DNA of 64,000 nucleotides, taken from contig PKTL01000051.1 in NCBI GenBank assembly GCA_002867475.1, positions 4,640 through 68,639 of the forward strand. The letters run 5' to 3'. The notes beneath the pieces are model-generated. The model was not told the origin of the DNA and ran no database searches. It saw only the letters and a list, made by a program, of their open reading frames with translations. The DNA comes from Candidatus Woesearchaeota archaeon (lineage in GTDB: Archaea; Nanobdellota; Nanobdellia; Woesearchaeales; BM511). The translations under genes and the position numbers were made by a program. Of the stretch, positions 28,382 to 38,280 are shown piece by piece (position 1 is the first letter of the stretch; the number at the start of each line of letters is the position of its first letter).

Positions 28382-28783
28382 ATGAGTAATAAATTTAAAT
28401 TTTTTGTTCGAGGTTATGAAGTAATCATCCCAATGCCTTTTGCCATATTTGTTGAAGAATATAAAGAAAATATGAAAATTTCTCCAGTATTATATACAAT
28501 CGAAAAAAATATTATAAATGAAGAGGATAAAACTCAACTGGAGATAAAGACTATCCTAAAATGTGCTGAATCCCAATTTATAGATAAAGAAGATACTCTA
28601 GAAGGGATAGCAAAAGGATTATCTTACCATATTAAAGGAACTTTTGTAATAAAAAATGATGGTTCTTCAATTTCAAATAAGGACTTCCAAGATTATTTAA
28701 GCGAATTATTATCTAATCCTATCTCAAGAATAATGCATTTCGGAATGGTTATCAAGGAGACTTACATAACTAAAACTCAGTAA
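28382..28783 (+). CDS. hypothetical protein
   Basis: 133-aa ORF with no overlap. Confidence 0.35.
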   Translation: MSNKFKFFVRGYEVIIPMPFAIFVEEYKENMKISPVLYTIEKNIINEEDKTQLEIKTILKCAESQFIDKEDTLEGIAKGLSYHIKGTFVIKNDGSSISNKDFQDYLSELLSNPISRIMHFGMVIKETYITKTQ

Positions 28784-29994
28784 ACATTATAATAATCCTC
28801 TAAGATTATTTTATCCATATTCTTCAAGTCTTTTATCAGATAGAATTTTCCTTCGCCAACATCACTTATCTTTCTAGCAAGCTTTTCTCCAACACCATCA
28901 AGGTTTATTCCTGCAATACTCACAGTTATACCTGCAGCTTTTGCTTTAGCAACCTCTCCAAGAACCTCTTTTTCAGGATCAAGACCCACTGTTGGCATCG
29001 CGTCAGTTATCAGCATCAAGTGTTTTGTCATGTCTCCTGGACTAAACATCTCAACTGATTCACCAATTGTCAAAGCTAAATCTGTTTCGCTTGATGCTTT
29101 CACTTTTGCAAGACTTCGTAAAATACTCATAAAATCTTTTGTTGGATAAATCTTTTCCTTAACCTCTTTACCAAAAACAACCACTCCAACCTTATCTTTT
29201 TTCTCAATAGCTTTGAATGCGAGTGCGATTCCAGCCTTTTTACTCATACCTATCTTGTCACCCTTCATGCTTCCGCTAGCATCAATAGCGTAAACTATTT
29301 CTGTGCTTGCCTTATTTTGTCTTGTGAAAACTTTTAGATCATCTTTAGTGAGTTCAGAGTGACCTCTTCTTATAGCAGTCTTTACGCTTTTCTTGATATC
29401 AATATCCTTAAATCTATCTTCAGACTTATAGTTCTTTATATTATTACGTTCACCATAGATACTATCTTTCTTATTAGGTCTCTCTCCAAGAAAACCACTT
29501 GTCTTCAGATTATCAAGCTCTTGAGCATACATTACAAGACTACTTAATTCATAACCTTTCTCTAGAATATTCCCTTCTCTGTCAACCAAACCTTTTCGTC
29601 TAAGATCATCAAATTTTTCCTTTATCCTTTTCTCAACTTCTCTTCTAAATTCAGGAATAACAATATTTTTTTCGACATAACTTGGATCATATCCACTAAG
29701 AGCTCGAACCATGCTTTCCCCATATATCTGTTCTGCTTGCTTATAGTTTTGGACCATCTTATCAAACATGACATCCGGTGTGAAGCTCCCCATACCTTGG
29801 TTGATACTATCAGTTATTACTTGCCCATCATCTATTTCATTCTTATCATTTTCAAGAACACTTTTCATTAGTTTATCTTCTTCAGACTGACTGTCAAGCT
29901 TCCAAGTTTTCTCCTCACTTTTATCCATATCTCTCGGTGGAGGAACATTTACTTTCTCGTCGGTTTCTAATTCAAAGTCTTCAGGGAGCGTCAC
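28777..29994 (-). CDS. von Willebrand factor A domain protein (ChlD-like partner of the AAA+ ATPase)
   Basis: vWA MIDAS motif VYAIDASGSMKG; acidic N-terminus; overlaps the upstream AAA+ gene by 14 nt. Confidence 0.65.
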   Translation of the reverse strand: MTLPEDFELETDEKVNVPPPRDMDKSEEKTWKLDSQSEEDKLMKSVLENDKNEIDDGQVITDSINQGMGSFTPDVMFDKMVQNYKQAEQIYGESMVRALSGYDPSYVEKNIVIPEFRREVEKRIKEKFDDLRRKGLVDREGNILEKGYELSSLVMYAQELDNLKTSGFLGERPNKKDSIYGERNNIKNYKSEDRFKDIDIKKSVKTAIRRGHSELTKDDLKVFTRQNKASTEIVYAIDASGSMKGDKIGMSKKAGIALAFKAIEKKDKVGVVVFGKEVKEKIYPTKDFMSILRSLAKVKASSETDLALTIGESVEMFSPGDMTKHLMLITDAMPTVGLDPEKEVLGEVAKAKAAGITVSIAGINLDGVGEKLARKISDVGEGKFYLIKDLKNMDKIILEDYYNVY

Positions 29995-31003
29995 CCTCTT
30001 CGTTTTCAGAATTACTCATATCATTAACTTTAGCATATGTTTCGAATTTCTCCTTGATGTAATCAGTAGGACTAGTCAAGTATTTAACACTTGGTTTTAG
30101 TTTTATCCTGTGACTAATAACGCTTTGAACAGCTTTATGTATATCTTCATAAGATACTTTCTCACTTCCCCTTAAAATCGCGTTGCTTTGCGCTCTTTCA
30201 TAAAGACCTATGCTTGCTCTAACACCTGGATGTTTTTCAAGATCTTTATCATCCCTTAATTCTCTTACGAACTCAACAGTGTGATGAAGAAGTTTCACTG
30301 GAAACTCAACACCCAACTTATTACCATAGGTTTTTACTATGTTCATCTCAGTTGTTATCTTCTTTGGATAATTCATATAGATTAGATCAAATATATCAAG
30401 GAAAACATGGCTTAATGTTTCAGTGCTTTCATCTTCAGGGTTCATTGTCCCTATAAATATGAAATCAGCATCGAAATCGAACTCATAACTACCTATAGTT
30501 ACTTTTTTCTCTTGTAATACTTGAAGCATGGCGTTTTGTAATTTTTCACTACACCTATTTACTTCGTCAAAAAATAATATCCCATTATTTGCTCTAAATA
30601 TTTTTCCTGGCGTGAATGCTTCAACACTTAAAGGCCCATATTTTAATGCTTTTATTGGATCAATATCCCCAAGTAAGTCTTCAGCTGTCAAATCTGGACT
30701 ACCTTGAACCCTTATAAAAAGATCATCTCCTTCAAATTCCTTTGTCTCCATGCTTTTAGTCTTGCATTCTGGACAGACAGGGTTTTTTGGATCACAATGA
30801 AAATTGCAATCATTTAGAACTCTTTTTGGCATCAAGTCAGCAACATTTTTTGCTATTGTTGTCTTTCCTGCTCCTGGAGGACCTACTATTATAACGTGCC
30901 TTCTTGCTAATAGAGCACTTTTTAGGTCGTGTTTAAGCTCGCTTTGTCCGTATATCTTACTAAAATCTGTTTTTATTACCTGGTTTGAAAATTCGTCTAA
31001 CAT
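29981..31003 (-). CDS. AAA+ ATPase, ChlI/MoxR-like, with a zinc-ribbon insertion
   Basis: Walker A GPPGAGKTT; Walker B ILFFDEVN; inserted CNFHCDPKNPVCPEC. Confidence 0.7.
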   Translation of the reverse strand: MLDEFSNQVIKTDFSKIYGQSELKHDLKSALLARRHVIIVGPPGAGKTTIAKNVADLMPKRVLNDCNFHCDPKNPVCPECKTKSMETKEFEGDDLFIRVQGSPDLTAEDLLGDIDPIKALKYGPLSVEAFTPGKIFRANNGILFFDEVNRCSEKLQNAMLQVLQEKKVTIGSYEFDFDADFIFIGTMNPEDESTETLSHVFLDIFDLIYMNYPKKITTEMNIVKTYGNKLGVEFPVKLLHHTVEFVRELRDDKDLEKHPGVRASIGLYERAQSNAILRGSEKVSYEDIHKAVQSVISHRIKLKPSVKYLTSPTDYIKEKFETYAKVNDMSNSENEEGDAP

Positions 31004-31038
31004 GCAACAAATAAGAAAAAAGGAGTGCTTTATAAATT

Positions 31039-31221
31039 TTACTTAATTGTACTAAAATTATCTTCTTTTGAACTTCTTATTTTGAGTTATTGCCTTTATA
31101 TTTGTTGAACCACATTCTTTGCACATCCAAGTAGTTGTGGATTTAGAATTTTTACCATGACTATGATTGGTTCTTGATCGTATATTTGTACTTTTACAGC
31201 TTTCACATATATTATTTCCCA
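31039..31221 (-). CDS. small zinc-ribbon protein (about 60 aa), tentative
   Basis: Hand translation gives MGNNICESCK...WMCKECGST (two CxxC pairs); not present in the ORF track, so coordinates are approximate. Confidence 0.25.
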
Positions 31222-31224
31222 TTT

Positions 31225-31449
31225 TTAGAACCTATCCTCTCTATGTTTACTAAAGCAATTTCTACAATATACTGGTTTTCCTTCTGTTGGTCTAAATGGT
31301 ACTTCGCATTCTTGCTTGCAATCAGAACAAGTTGCTTTATGCATTTCTCTTTGCACATTATTAAAATGTCTGTTTGATCCGCCAAATTGCTTATCAAATC
31401 CTTCTCCTCTTCTAGAATCTCCCCTATTTCGATTATTTTCTCTTCTCAT
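31225..31449 (-). CDS. small zinc-ribbon protein (CxxC-x17-CxxC), Arg-rich N-terminus
   Basis: CSDCKQECEVPFRPTEGKPVYCRNC. Confidence 0.45.
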   Translation of the reverse strand: MRRENNRNRGDSRRGEGFDKQFGGSNRHFNNVQREMHKATCSDCKQECEVPFRPTEGKPVYCRNCFSKHREDRF

Positions 31450-31621
31450 ATTATCACTGATTTGTTTTTAGAAACAGTAAAAAAATCACATTAAAATCTT
31501 AAATTAACAAAATCCCAACATCATTACGAATGTCTCTTATTTTTAGTAAATCCCTTCTCTTTATAAAAATATGTTTTGATAAAATTTTACTAAAATAAAC
31601 TAAACTTTTAATAATGAATAT

Positions 31622-32281
31622 GTGATTAGATACTATATGAGTGATTATTATAAAATTAAATTAATAAAAAAAGAAAAAGTTGCTAAAGATATTTTTAAAT
31701 TTGTTTTTGAACCAAGTGAAAAATTTAGTTTTCTCCCTGGGAATTATGTTTTGATGTTCAATAATAAGAATTCTAATACTGCTGGGATTTCTAGACCTTT
31801 TACTATTGCTTCAACTCCCAAGGGTGAAAATATCAAATTTTTAATAAAAAAAGTCGGTGTTTTTACTACAGAACTTGAAAAATTAGAAATAGGCGAATCA
31901 TTAGATATTGAAGCCCCTCTTGGTAGCTTATCTTATAAACCTGAGCATTATGGAAAAAATATCATTTTTATTGCAGGAGGCACAGGAATAACCCCTTACT
32001 TATCCATGAAGAAATATTCAGATAAAGAAAAACATAATACAAATTTCAAGATTTTCTATTCAGTAAAAGAAAAAGATGAGATGATAACTGAAGATGTAGA
32101 TAAGGTTGTAGTTTCTAATGAAGGAAAAAGGATTGATGAAAGTTTCTTAAAAGAAAACATTAGCGAAGAAGAACTAACAAATTCTTTTATCTTTGTTTGT
32201 GGACCTCCACCAATGGAAAAAGCTATTGAAGAAATATTGATTGATCTTGGTGCAAAGAATATTATTATAGAAGGAAATTAA
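31622..32281 (+). CDS. FAD/NAD(P)-binding oxidoreductase (ferredoxin-reductase-like / PyrK-like fold without an Fe-S domain)
   Basis: RPFTIAS FAD-binding motif and GGTGITP NAD-binding motif. Confidence 0.55.
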   Translation: MIRYYMSDYYKIKLIKKEKVAKDIFKFVFEPSEKFSFLPGNYVLMFNNKNSNTAGISRPFTIASTPKGENIKFLIKKVGVFTTELEKLEIGESLDIEAPLGSLSYKPEHYGKNIIFIAGGTGITPYLSMKKYSDKEKHNTNFKIFYSVKEKDEMITEDVDKVVVSNEGKRIDESFLKENISEEELTNSFIFVCGPPPMEKAIEEILIDLGAKNIIIEGN

Positions 32282-32781
32282 TTGATTATCAATTCTTTAA
32301 AATCTTTATACATATATTTGTTTGATGGTTCTATCTTATTATTCTTGATAAAATCATCCAATTCAGATAAATGAATAAAGAAACCTTTCTCGATTTCCTC
32401 TTCTTGGATTTTGACATTTTCATCAGAAATTAATCTGTAAAGTTTACCAAACCAGTCATCACTCCTTGTTTGATACCTAAAATATTTTAAGAATTCTAAC
32501 TTATCAGCCTTGATACCTGATTCTTCTTCTAATTCCCGTAAAGCTGCTTCATCATGACTTTCTCCAGCATCAACAAAACCACCAAAAAGAAAAGCCCAAT
32601 AACCTGGATAAGCTTTTTTATCTAAGGATCTTTGATGGACAAATATTTCATCTTTTGAATTAAATAAAATAATATTAACCCCTCTATGAGGCAGAACTTG
32701 TTCCATCACTTCTTTTTTTGTTTTAGTATCAATTACTTCATCATTATCATCAACAACATCAATCAAATCATCATAAGACAT
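32278..32781 (-). CDS. Nudix hydrolase
   Basis: Nudix box GGFVDAGESHDEAALRELEEESG. Confidence 0.75.
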   Translation of the reverse strand: MSYDDLIDVVDDNDEVIDTKTKKEVMEQVLPHRGVNIILFNSKDEIFVHQRSLDKKAYPGYWAFLFGGFVDAGESHDEAALRELEEESGIKADKLEFLKYFRYQTRSDDWFGKLYRLISDENVKIQEEEIEKGFFIHLSELDDFIKNNKIEPSNKYMYKDFKELIIN

Positions 32782-32790
32782 TTTAATTTT

Positions 32791-34155
32791 TTAGAATTTA
32801 AACCCTTTAGGCATGCCACCTTTGCCCATTCGTTTCATCATTTTTTCCATGCCTTTCTCACTCATGTCTCCACCTTTGAACATCTTCATCATCTTCTTTG
32901 ATTGTTTATATTGTTTCATTAGGCTTCGTACTTCTGAATCAGGAACTCCAGCACCATTTGCTATTCGTTCAATTCTTGTACCACTAATAATTTCAGGGTC
33001 TTCAAGCTCTTTTTTTGTACATGAATCCATGATGAATTTCCAAACTTCCATTTTTTCCTGCTGGACATCTAATGCTTCTTTAGGTATCTTCATGTTTCCC
33101 ATTCCAGGAATCATATTCATTATCTTGCTCAAAGATCCCATCTTCTTTACAGACTCCATCTGTTCATACATGTCGATAAGATTAAATTCGCCTTTTAGAA
33201 ATTTCTTACCTAAGTCTTTTGCTTTATCTTCATCGATTGCTTCCTTTGCTTTTTCAAGAAGTCCTTCTAAGTCTCCCATTCCAAGAAGCTTACCAACAAA
33301 ACGTTTCGGATCAAACTCTTCTAGGTCATCGATCTTTTCTCCAATACCAATGAAACGAACGCTTGCGCCAGTTACTGAGCAAGCTGCTAGAGCACCACCA
33401 CCTTTAGCACTACCTTCCATCTTTGTGATTATAACACCTGTAATATCGCATTTCTCATGGAACATTAATGCTTGTTTTTCTGTTGCTTGACCGATGTCAG
33501 CACCTACTACAAGGAATGATTCGTCAGGTTTCACAATTTTATTGATGTTATCGATCTCATCGATCAATTCATCATTTAAGCTGTCTCTTCCTGCTGTATC
33601 TATTATTACAACGTCAAACTTGCTTAATTCTTTCTCGTTATCCTTGTATATTTTAGTTGGATCTTTTTGTTTTGGGTCACCAAATACTGGAACATTTATG
33701 CTTTTACCTAATTGTTCTAATTGCTTGAAAGCAGCAGGCCTCCAAGTGTCTGTTGAAATAAGTGCAACTTTTTTTCCTCTTTTTGTAAAGAATTTTGCTA
33801 GTTTTCCTGCAGTTGTTGTTTTACCATTACCAAAAAGTCCAACAAGCATCAACTTGTATGGTTTTTTTGAAAGATCAATCTTATGACCTTCGCCACCAAG
33901 AAAATTTGTAAGCTCTTCATAAACGATATTTACAATATGATCTTTTTTTGATAGACTAGGAATCTTTTCGTCCAAAGCTCTTTCCTTTATCCTTTTTGTC
34001 AATTCAAAAACCATCTTGACATTGACGTCTGATTGCAGTAAGCTTCTTTGGATATCTTTGATTAATTCATTTATGAGTTTCTCATCGACAAATACAGCTT
34101 TAGCTATCTTAGAAAGAGTGTTTTTTAGTGAATCTCCTAGCTTATCTAGTACCAT
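32791..34155 (-). CDS. srp54: signal recognition particle protein SRP54
   Basis: N domain, G domain (GLFGNGKTTTAGKLA, DTAGR) and a Met-rich M domain. Confidence 0.9.
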   Translation of the reverse strand: MVLDKLGDSLKNTLSKIAKAVFVDEKLINELIKDIQRSLLQSDVNVKMVFELTKRIKERALDEKIPSLSKKDHIVNIVYEELTNFLGGEGHKIDLSKKPYKLMLVGLFGNGKTTTAGKLAKFFTKRGKKVALISTDTWRPAAFKQLEQLGKSINVPVFGDPKQKDPTKIYKDNEKELSKFDVVIIDTAGRDSLNDELIDEIDNINKIVKPDESFLVVGADIGQATEKQALMFHEKCDITGVIITKMEGSAKGGGALAACSVTGASVRFIGIGEKIDDLEEFDPKRFVGKLLGMGDLEGLLEKAKEAIDEDKAKDLGKKFLKGEFNLIDMYEQMESVKKMGSLSKIMNMIPGMGNMKIPKEALDVQQEKMEVWKFIMDSCTKKELEDPEIISGTRIERIANGAGVPDSEVRSLMKQYKQSKKMMKMFKGGDMSEKGMEKMMKRMGKGGMPKGFKF

Positions 34156-34229
34156 TGATTGAAAAAGAAAGAAGGGTTATTTATTTAATTATTGGTTTAT
34201 AATAATTAAATGCTTGAATTACTCTCTAA

Positions 34230-34480
34230 TTCATTGTAAAAGTTTTTTCTCTTCTGGTTCTCTCGACGGACGGATTTCCTGAAATTATCATTGTCTATTT
34301 CATCGATCCTCTCTTTATAGTTGCTCCAATCCAGGAAATCGCCCTTTTGATCATCCATCATAACCACGCGTCACTAAAGACCAGATCTATCCCTCTGTCG
34401 AGGCGCTTAACAGAGAGATTTCTGATCTGTTTGTAGAATAATTCTTCGATTGTTTTATGTGTCGTATCTATCATTTTATA
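34230..34480. ncRNA. GC-richer structured intergenic region; candidate ncRNA (possibly SRP RNA-like) of undetermined strand and identity
   Basis: Long-range complementary segments CUCUCGACGG/CUGUCGAGG and AUUUCCUG/CAGGAAAU; GC content well above the genome background; no ORF of 60 aa or more. Confidence 0.25.
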
Positions 34481-34552
34481 TCACCTAAAAAGAATAGGAT
34501 TCTTTTTTCTTTATAAACCTCAAATGACAATGTCCAGTGGGTAAATTGTCCA

Positions 34553-35755
34553 GTGGAAAATTATAAAAAGGAGTTAAATCAAGATTGTATTATGGATTTT
34601 TATACTTTAGATGGATTGAAAGTTGAAGGGAAGAAAGTTATAGTTAGATGTGAATTTAATGTCCCAATTGACAAAGAGGGAAACATCACTGATGATTTCA
34701 GGATAAAGAAAAGTCTTCCGACAATCAAGTATCTTCTTGACAACGGTGCAAAGCAAGTTGTTTTGATGAGCCATCTTGGAAAACCAAAAGGAGTTGTCAT
34801 AGATATCTTGAAGATGAATAGGGTTGCGAGCAGATTGCAGCAATTGCTTGGTGTTGAGGTTATAAAAGTTGATGACTCTGTTGACATAACATTGCCTGAT
34901 TCAAGAATTATTCTTTTAGAAAACCTTAGGTTCAATCCTGGTGAGAAAGAAAACAGGGAGGAGTTTGCAAAAAAGTTAGCTAGTTATGCTGATATTTATG
35001 TTAATGATGCTTTTGGCACATGTCACAGAAGCCATGCGTCAGTTGATGCAATAACCAAATATTTGCCTAGCGTTGCAGGTTTCTTGGTTGAAAAAGAGGT
35101 CGAAATGCTAAGCCTTGAAATTCCTGATAGACCTTTTGTTGCTGTTCTTGGTTGTGCAAAGATTAGCGATAAGATAAAGATGATTGAAAACCTTCTTAGC
35201 AAAGTTGATGTTTTACTTCTTGGTGGAGCGATAGTTTTTACTTTTCTAAAAGCTAAAGGTTTAGAAATTGGTAAAAGCTTGGTTGAGGATGAGCAATTGC
35301 AAACCGCAAAAGATTTGCTCTATAATAGGAAAATTGTTCTACCAACTGATATTGTTGTAAGTAATGAGATTAGTGAAAATAGTAAGAATTGGGTTGTTAA
35401 GGCTGAAAACATTCCTAAAGATGCTATAGGTCTTGATATTGGTCCTGATTCAATTCAACTTTTTTCTAACATGATAAAAACTGGACAGACAATATTTTGG
35501 AATGGACCTGTCGGCGTGTTTGAAGTTCCACCTTATGACAATGGAACTAAAGAACTTGCAAAGATAATCACAAACACCTCTGCTAAAACTATTGTTGGCG
35601 GCGGTGACACTGCTAGCGCTGTTCGTCACATCGGGCTTGATGAAAGGTTCAGCCATGTAAGTACTGGTGGCGGTGCAAGTATTGAGATGATCCAAGGAAA
35701 TGAGCTTCCCGGAATCAAAGCATTGATTGAGAACAAAAAGAATTTTATCCTATGA
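34553..35755 (+). CDS. pgk: phosphoglycerate kinase
   Basis: KVIVRCEFNVP N-terminal motif; GGGASIEMI C-terminal motif. Confidence 0.85.
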   Translation: MENYKKELNQDCIMDFYTLDGLKVEGKKVIVRCEFNVPIDKEGNITDDFRIKKSLPTIKYLLDNGAKQVVLMSHLGKPKGVVIDILKMNRVASRLQQLLGVEVIKVDDSVDITLPDSRIILLENLRFNPGEKENREEFAKKLASYADIYVNDAFGTCHRSHASVDAITKYLPSVAGFLVEKEVEMLSLEIPDRPFVAVLGCAKISDKIKMIENLLSKVDVLLLGGAIVFTFLKAKGLEIGKSLVEDEQLQTAKDLLYNRKIVLPTDIVVSNEISENSKNWVVKAENIPKDAIGLDIGPDSIQLFSNMIKTGQTIFWNGPVGVFEVPPYDNGTKELAKIITNTSAKTIVGGGDTASAVRHIGLDERFSHVSTGGGASIEMIQGNELPGIKALIENKKNFIL

Positions 35756-36184
35756 TTTTTTCCCAGGATAAAGCTCTAATAATAAATCATACCTAAAGTT
35801 TAATTTAGGATCATATTCATGAAGTATGCCATCAAGCTTATCTATAAGATAATTCTTTTTTGCAAGTACATCATCCAAATCTTGACCTTCACATATTATA
35901 AATTCTAAAGGAGTTTCATCTGAGAATTTTCTTTCAAAACCTCCTTCTTCAATTGCTGAGTAAAGCCTTTTTTCGATGGTGGTTGTAATTTCTATTTTAT
36001 CTCTTATCTCTTCTAATTTTAGATGAAAAGGCCTAAACATATTTTTAGCAAGTCTAACAAACTTAAACTTTGAGACATTGTTGACTTTATTATAATGAGC
36101 ATTTCCTGCATGAAATGCATAATCTGAAATGTTCCCATACTCACCAAAACCTGGTTGCTCAAGCTTAATTACTGCTTTTCTCAT
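35750..36184 (-). CDS. hypothetical protein
   Basis: 144-aa ORF with a 6-nt tail overlap with pgk. Confidence 0.35.
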   Translation of the reverse strand: MRKAVIKLEQPGFGEYGNISDYAFHAGNAHYNKVNNVSKFKFVRLAKNMFRPFHLKLEEIRDKIEITTTIEKRLYSAIEEGGFERKFSDETPLEFIICEGQDLDDVLAKKNYLIDKLDGILHEYDPKLNFRYDLLLELYPGKKS

Positions 36185-36250
36185 ATTTTTTAGAACTGAA
36201 AATAAATATATAAAGATTATTATTTATACCACTATCCAATAGATAATAAA

Positions 36251-36841
36251 TTAAAGTTTGATAATTCTACCTTTCGGTCCAGGATTCAAAACTATTGTAT
36301 CTCCAATCTTGTCTTTTTTTCCGAAATGCTCATGTAAATGACCACTTAGTGCATAAAGAGGCTTGTAATCTTTTATGAAATCCTTTATGTTCATGTTCCC
36401 AACATTCTTGCCATGGACAATATCTATAGTTGTATTGAAAGGTGGTTGATGCGTTAAAAGGATCAGTTTTTTTGCTTCGACAAGCTCTCTTTGAAAATGT
36501 ACAACAACTTCATCAAATTCTGGATCATCAATAAGAAATCCCCCAGCCCCATATGAGAAAAAAGTTATTCCTTCTATTTCCATCAAATCCTTATGGAAAT
36601 ACTTTACATGCTTTGTTTTCTTGCAGAATTCTTTTAATGTTTCTTCATCCTCATGATTTCCAGGAAGCATCAAAACAGTTTTGCCGATTGTGTCAAGGTC
36701 TTCTAAGATCAGATCTAGTGCGTGCTCAAAAAAAGTCACATCACCAAGACATACCACAAGGTCTGCCTTTTTGGATTTTTCTATAACTTTCATTATATCT
36801 GCCTTGTTTGAGTGGCTGTCTGCAAAAAATAGCACTTTCAT
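36251..36841 (-). CDS. metallophosphoesterase (YfcE-like phosphodiesterase)
   Basis: MKVLFFADSHSN, LGDVT, GNHED motifs. Confidence 0.7.
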   Translation of the reverse strand: MKVLFFADSHSNKADIMKVIEKSKKADLVVCLGDVTFFEHALDLILEDLDTIGKTVLMLPGNHEDEETLKEFCKKTKHVKYFHKDLMEIEGITFFSYGAGGFLIDDPEFDEVVVHFQRELVEAKKLILLTHQPPFNTTIDIVHGKNVGNMNIKDFIKDYKPLYALSGHLHEHFGKKDKIGDTIVLNPGPKGRIIKL

Positions 36842-36937
36842 AAGTTATTAGTATTTATAATTCATATAAAAAAATTGCTTTTAAGGATAGTGCAGAAGTA
36901 CAGAAAATTTTATAATTAGATAATTAATAGAAGTCTT

Positions 36938-37462
36938 ATGGTTAAAGTTATTGTCGGTTCAAAAAACCCTATTAAGATAGAAGCTGTAAAAGCAGCGTTC
37001 TCAAACTATTTTAAAGAATTGAAAGTAATTGGAATAAGTGTTGAGAGTGACGTCAGTGATCAACCAAAGGATTATGATGAAACCCTTCAAGGAGCAAGAA
37101 ACAGGGTTTTAAACCTGAGAAAAGAAAACGATGCTGATTTCTTTGTCGGTATTGAAGGAGGAATGGATAAGAAGCAAGATAAGTGGTTTTCTTACGGTTG
37201 CATCGTAGTATTAGATTCTTCTGGCAATGAAGGCGTAGGTCTTTCATCTCATTTTGAGACTCCAAAAAAGATTGTTAAAGAATTATTTAATGGAAAAGAG
37301 CTTGGCCATGTTATTGATGACTTATCCAGCAATTCTAATTCTAAGCAGAAAGGTGGCGCTAGTGCTTTTTTAACAAATGGAGTATTGCATCGAAAAGATC
37401 TGTACTATCCTGGAATAATCTGTGCACTTGCCCCATTGATTAATAAAAAAATATATTCTTGA
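36938..37462 (+). CDS. inosine/xanthosine triphosphatase (YjjX/DUF84 family non-canonical NTPase)
   Basis: Close match to YjjX throughout (SKNPIKIEAVKAAF...QGARNRV...FFVGIEGG...YPGIICALAPL). Confidence 0.75.
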   Translation: MVKVIVGSKNPIKIEAVKAAFSNYFKELKVIGISVESDVSDQPKDYDETLQGARNRVLNLRKENDADFFVGIEGGMDKKQDKWFSYGCIVVLDSSGNEGVGLSSHFETPKKIVKELFNGKELGHVIDDLSSNSNSKQKGGASAFLTNGVLHRKDLYYPGIICALAPLINKKIYS

Positions 37463-37803
37463 GTAGATTAGAAAATGTTATAAATCATTTAGTTCATAAA
37501 ATGTTTATGGCAAAAAATATAGATTTTAATGAAGTCATGGAAAAAGTAAAGAAATTCTTCAATGATTTGCCAGAAAATATGAAAAAATGGTCAAATGATT
37601 TCAATAAATGGCTAAATGACCTCCCTCAAAATATGAAGAAATGGTGGGCAGAATTTCAAGTTTGGGTAAAGAATCTTCCTGAAAACACTAAGAAACTTAT
37701 TGAAAAGATCAAAAATTATCCTCCTGATAAGCAAGCAGCAGTTGGAGCTATAGGTTTAGGTTTTATCCTTGTAATAACCTCAATTTTCATGTTTATCTTT
37801 TAA
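37459..37803 (+). CDS. small C-terminally membrane-anchored protein with three LPxNMKKW repeats
   Basis: DLPENMKKW / DLPQNMKKW / NLPENTKKL repeats plus a C-terminal TM helix. Confidence 0.35.
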   Translation: MSRLENVINHLVHKMFMAKNIDFNEVMEKVKKFFNDLPENMKKWSNDFNKWLNDLPQNMKKWWAEFQVWVKNLPENTKKLIEKIKNYPPDKQAAVGAIGLGFILVITSIFMFIF

Positions 37804-38280
37804 TCTTCTTCTATATATTTTAACAGTATGATACGCCGCATGATATGATAATACAGTTATTATAGCATCAAGAATAAGAATCCCTATAATGAATGGCTTA
37901 CTGAGCATCATTGTTGTGTTGAGTATGCTTCCATCCCAAATTATCTTGAAACCGTCATTAAGGATCAATTTTCCAAAATATATTGCACCTATATAGATAG
38001 GAGTTTTTACTATTCCATTGAATACAAAAAAAGCAGTGAAAAGGGCATATTTGCTAACCTTTGGAAATATCAAGATTATCAATAATCCAAGAAGTATATT
38101 GAATCCTGGTGTTGGAAGAATAGTTATGAAAGTGCCGATTGCAAAACCTATTGCTATGCTTCGTAGACCTCTTTTTGTCCTTAATACTTCATCGAAGTGT
38201 TCCTTGAATCTTCTCTTGAACTTTTTTATCACCATAAACCTTGCATGTTTTACAGATTTATAAATGAATTGTTTTGTCAC
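37780..38280 (-). CDS. DUF2062-like membrane protein
   Basis: RSIAIGFAIGTFITILPTPGFNILLGLLI pattern. Confidence 0.4.
   Translation of the reverse strand: MTKQFIYKSVKHARFMVIKKFKRRFKEHFDEVLRTKRGLRSIAIGFAIGTFITILPTPGFNILLGLLIILIFPKVSKYALFTAFFVFNGIVKTPIYIGAIYFGKLILNDGFKIIWDGSILNTTMMLSKPFIIGILILDAIITVLSYHAAYHTVKIYRRRLKDKHEN

Noticed and set aside
31174-31397. ORFs 31174..31377 (+) and 31212..31397 (-)
   Set aside because: They overlap each other and the more plausible zinc-ribbon genes (31039..31221 and 31225..31449) in alternative frames.
32813-33886. Plus-strand ORFs (225 aa and 130 aa) inside srp54
   Set aside because: They are antisense to the highly conserved SRP54 coding sequence and have Ser/Pro/Phe-rich low-complexity composition typical of shadow frames.
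34230-34480. Calling the GC-rich region definitively SRP (7S) RNA
   Set aside because: The canonical helix-8 motifs (GGAA tetraloop context, AGCA) could not be located unambiguously by eye on either strand. It is kept as an unspecified ncRNA candidate.
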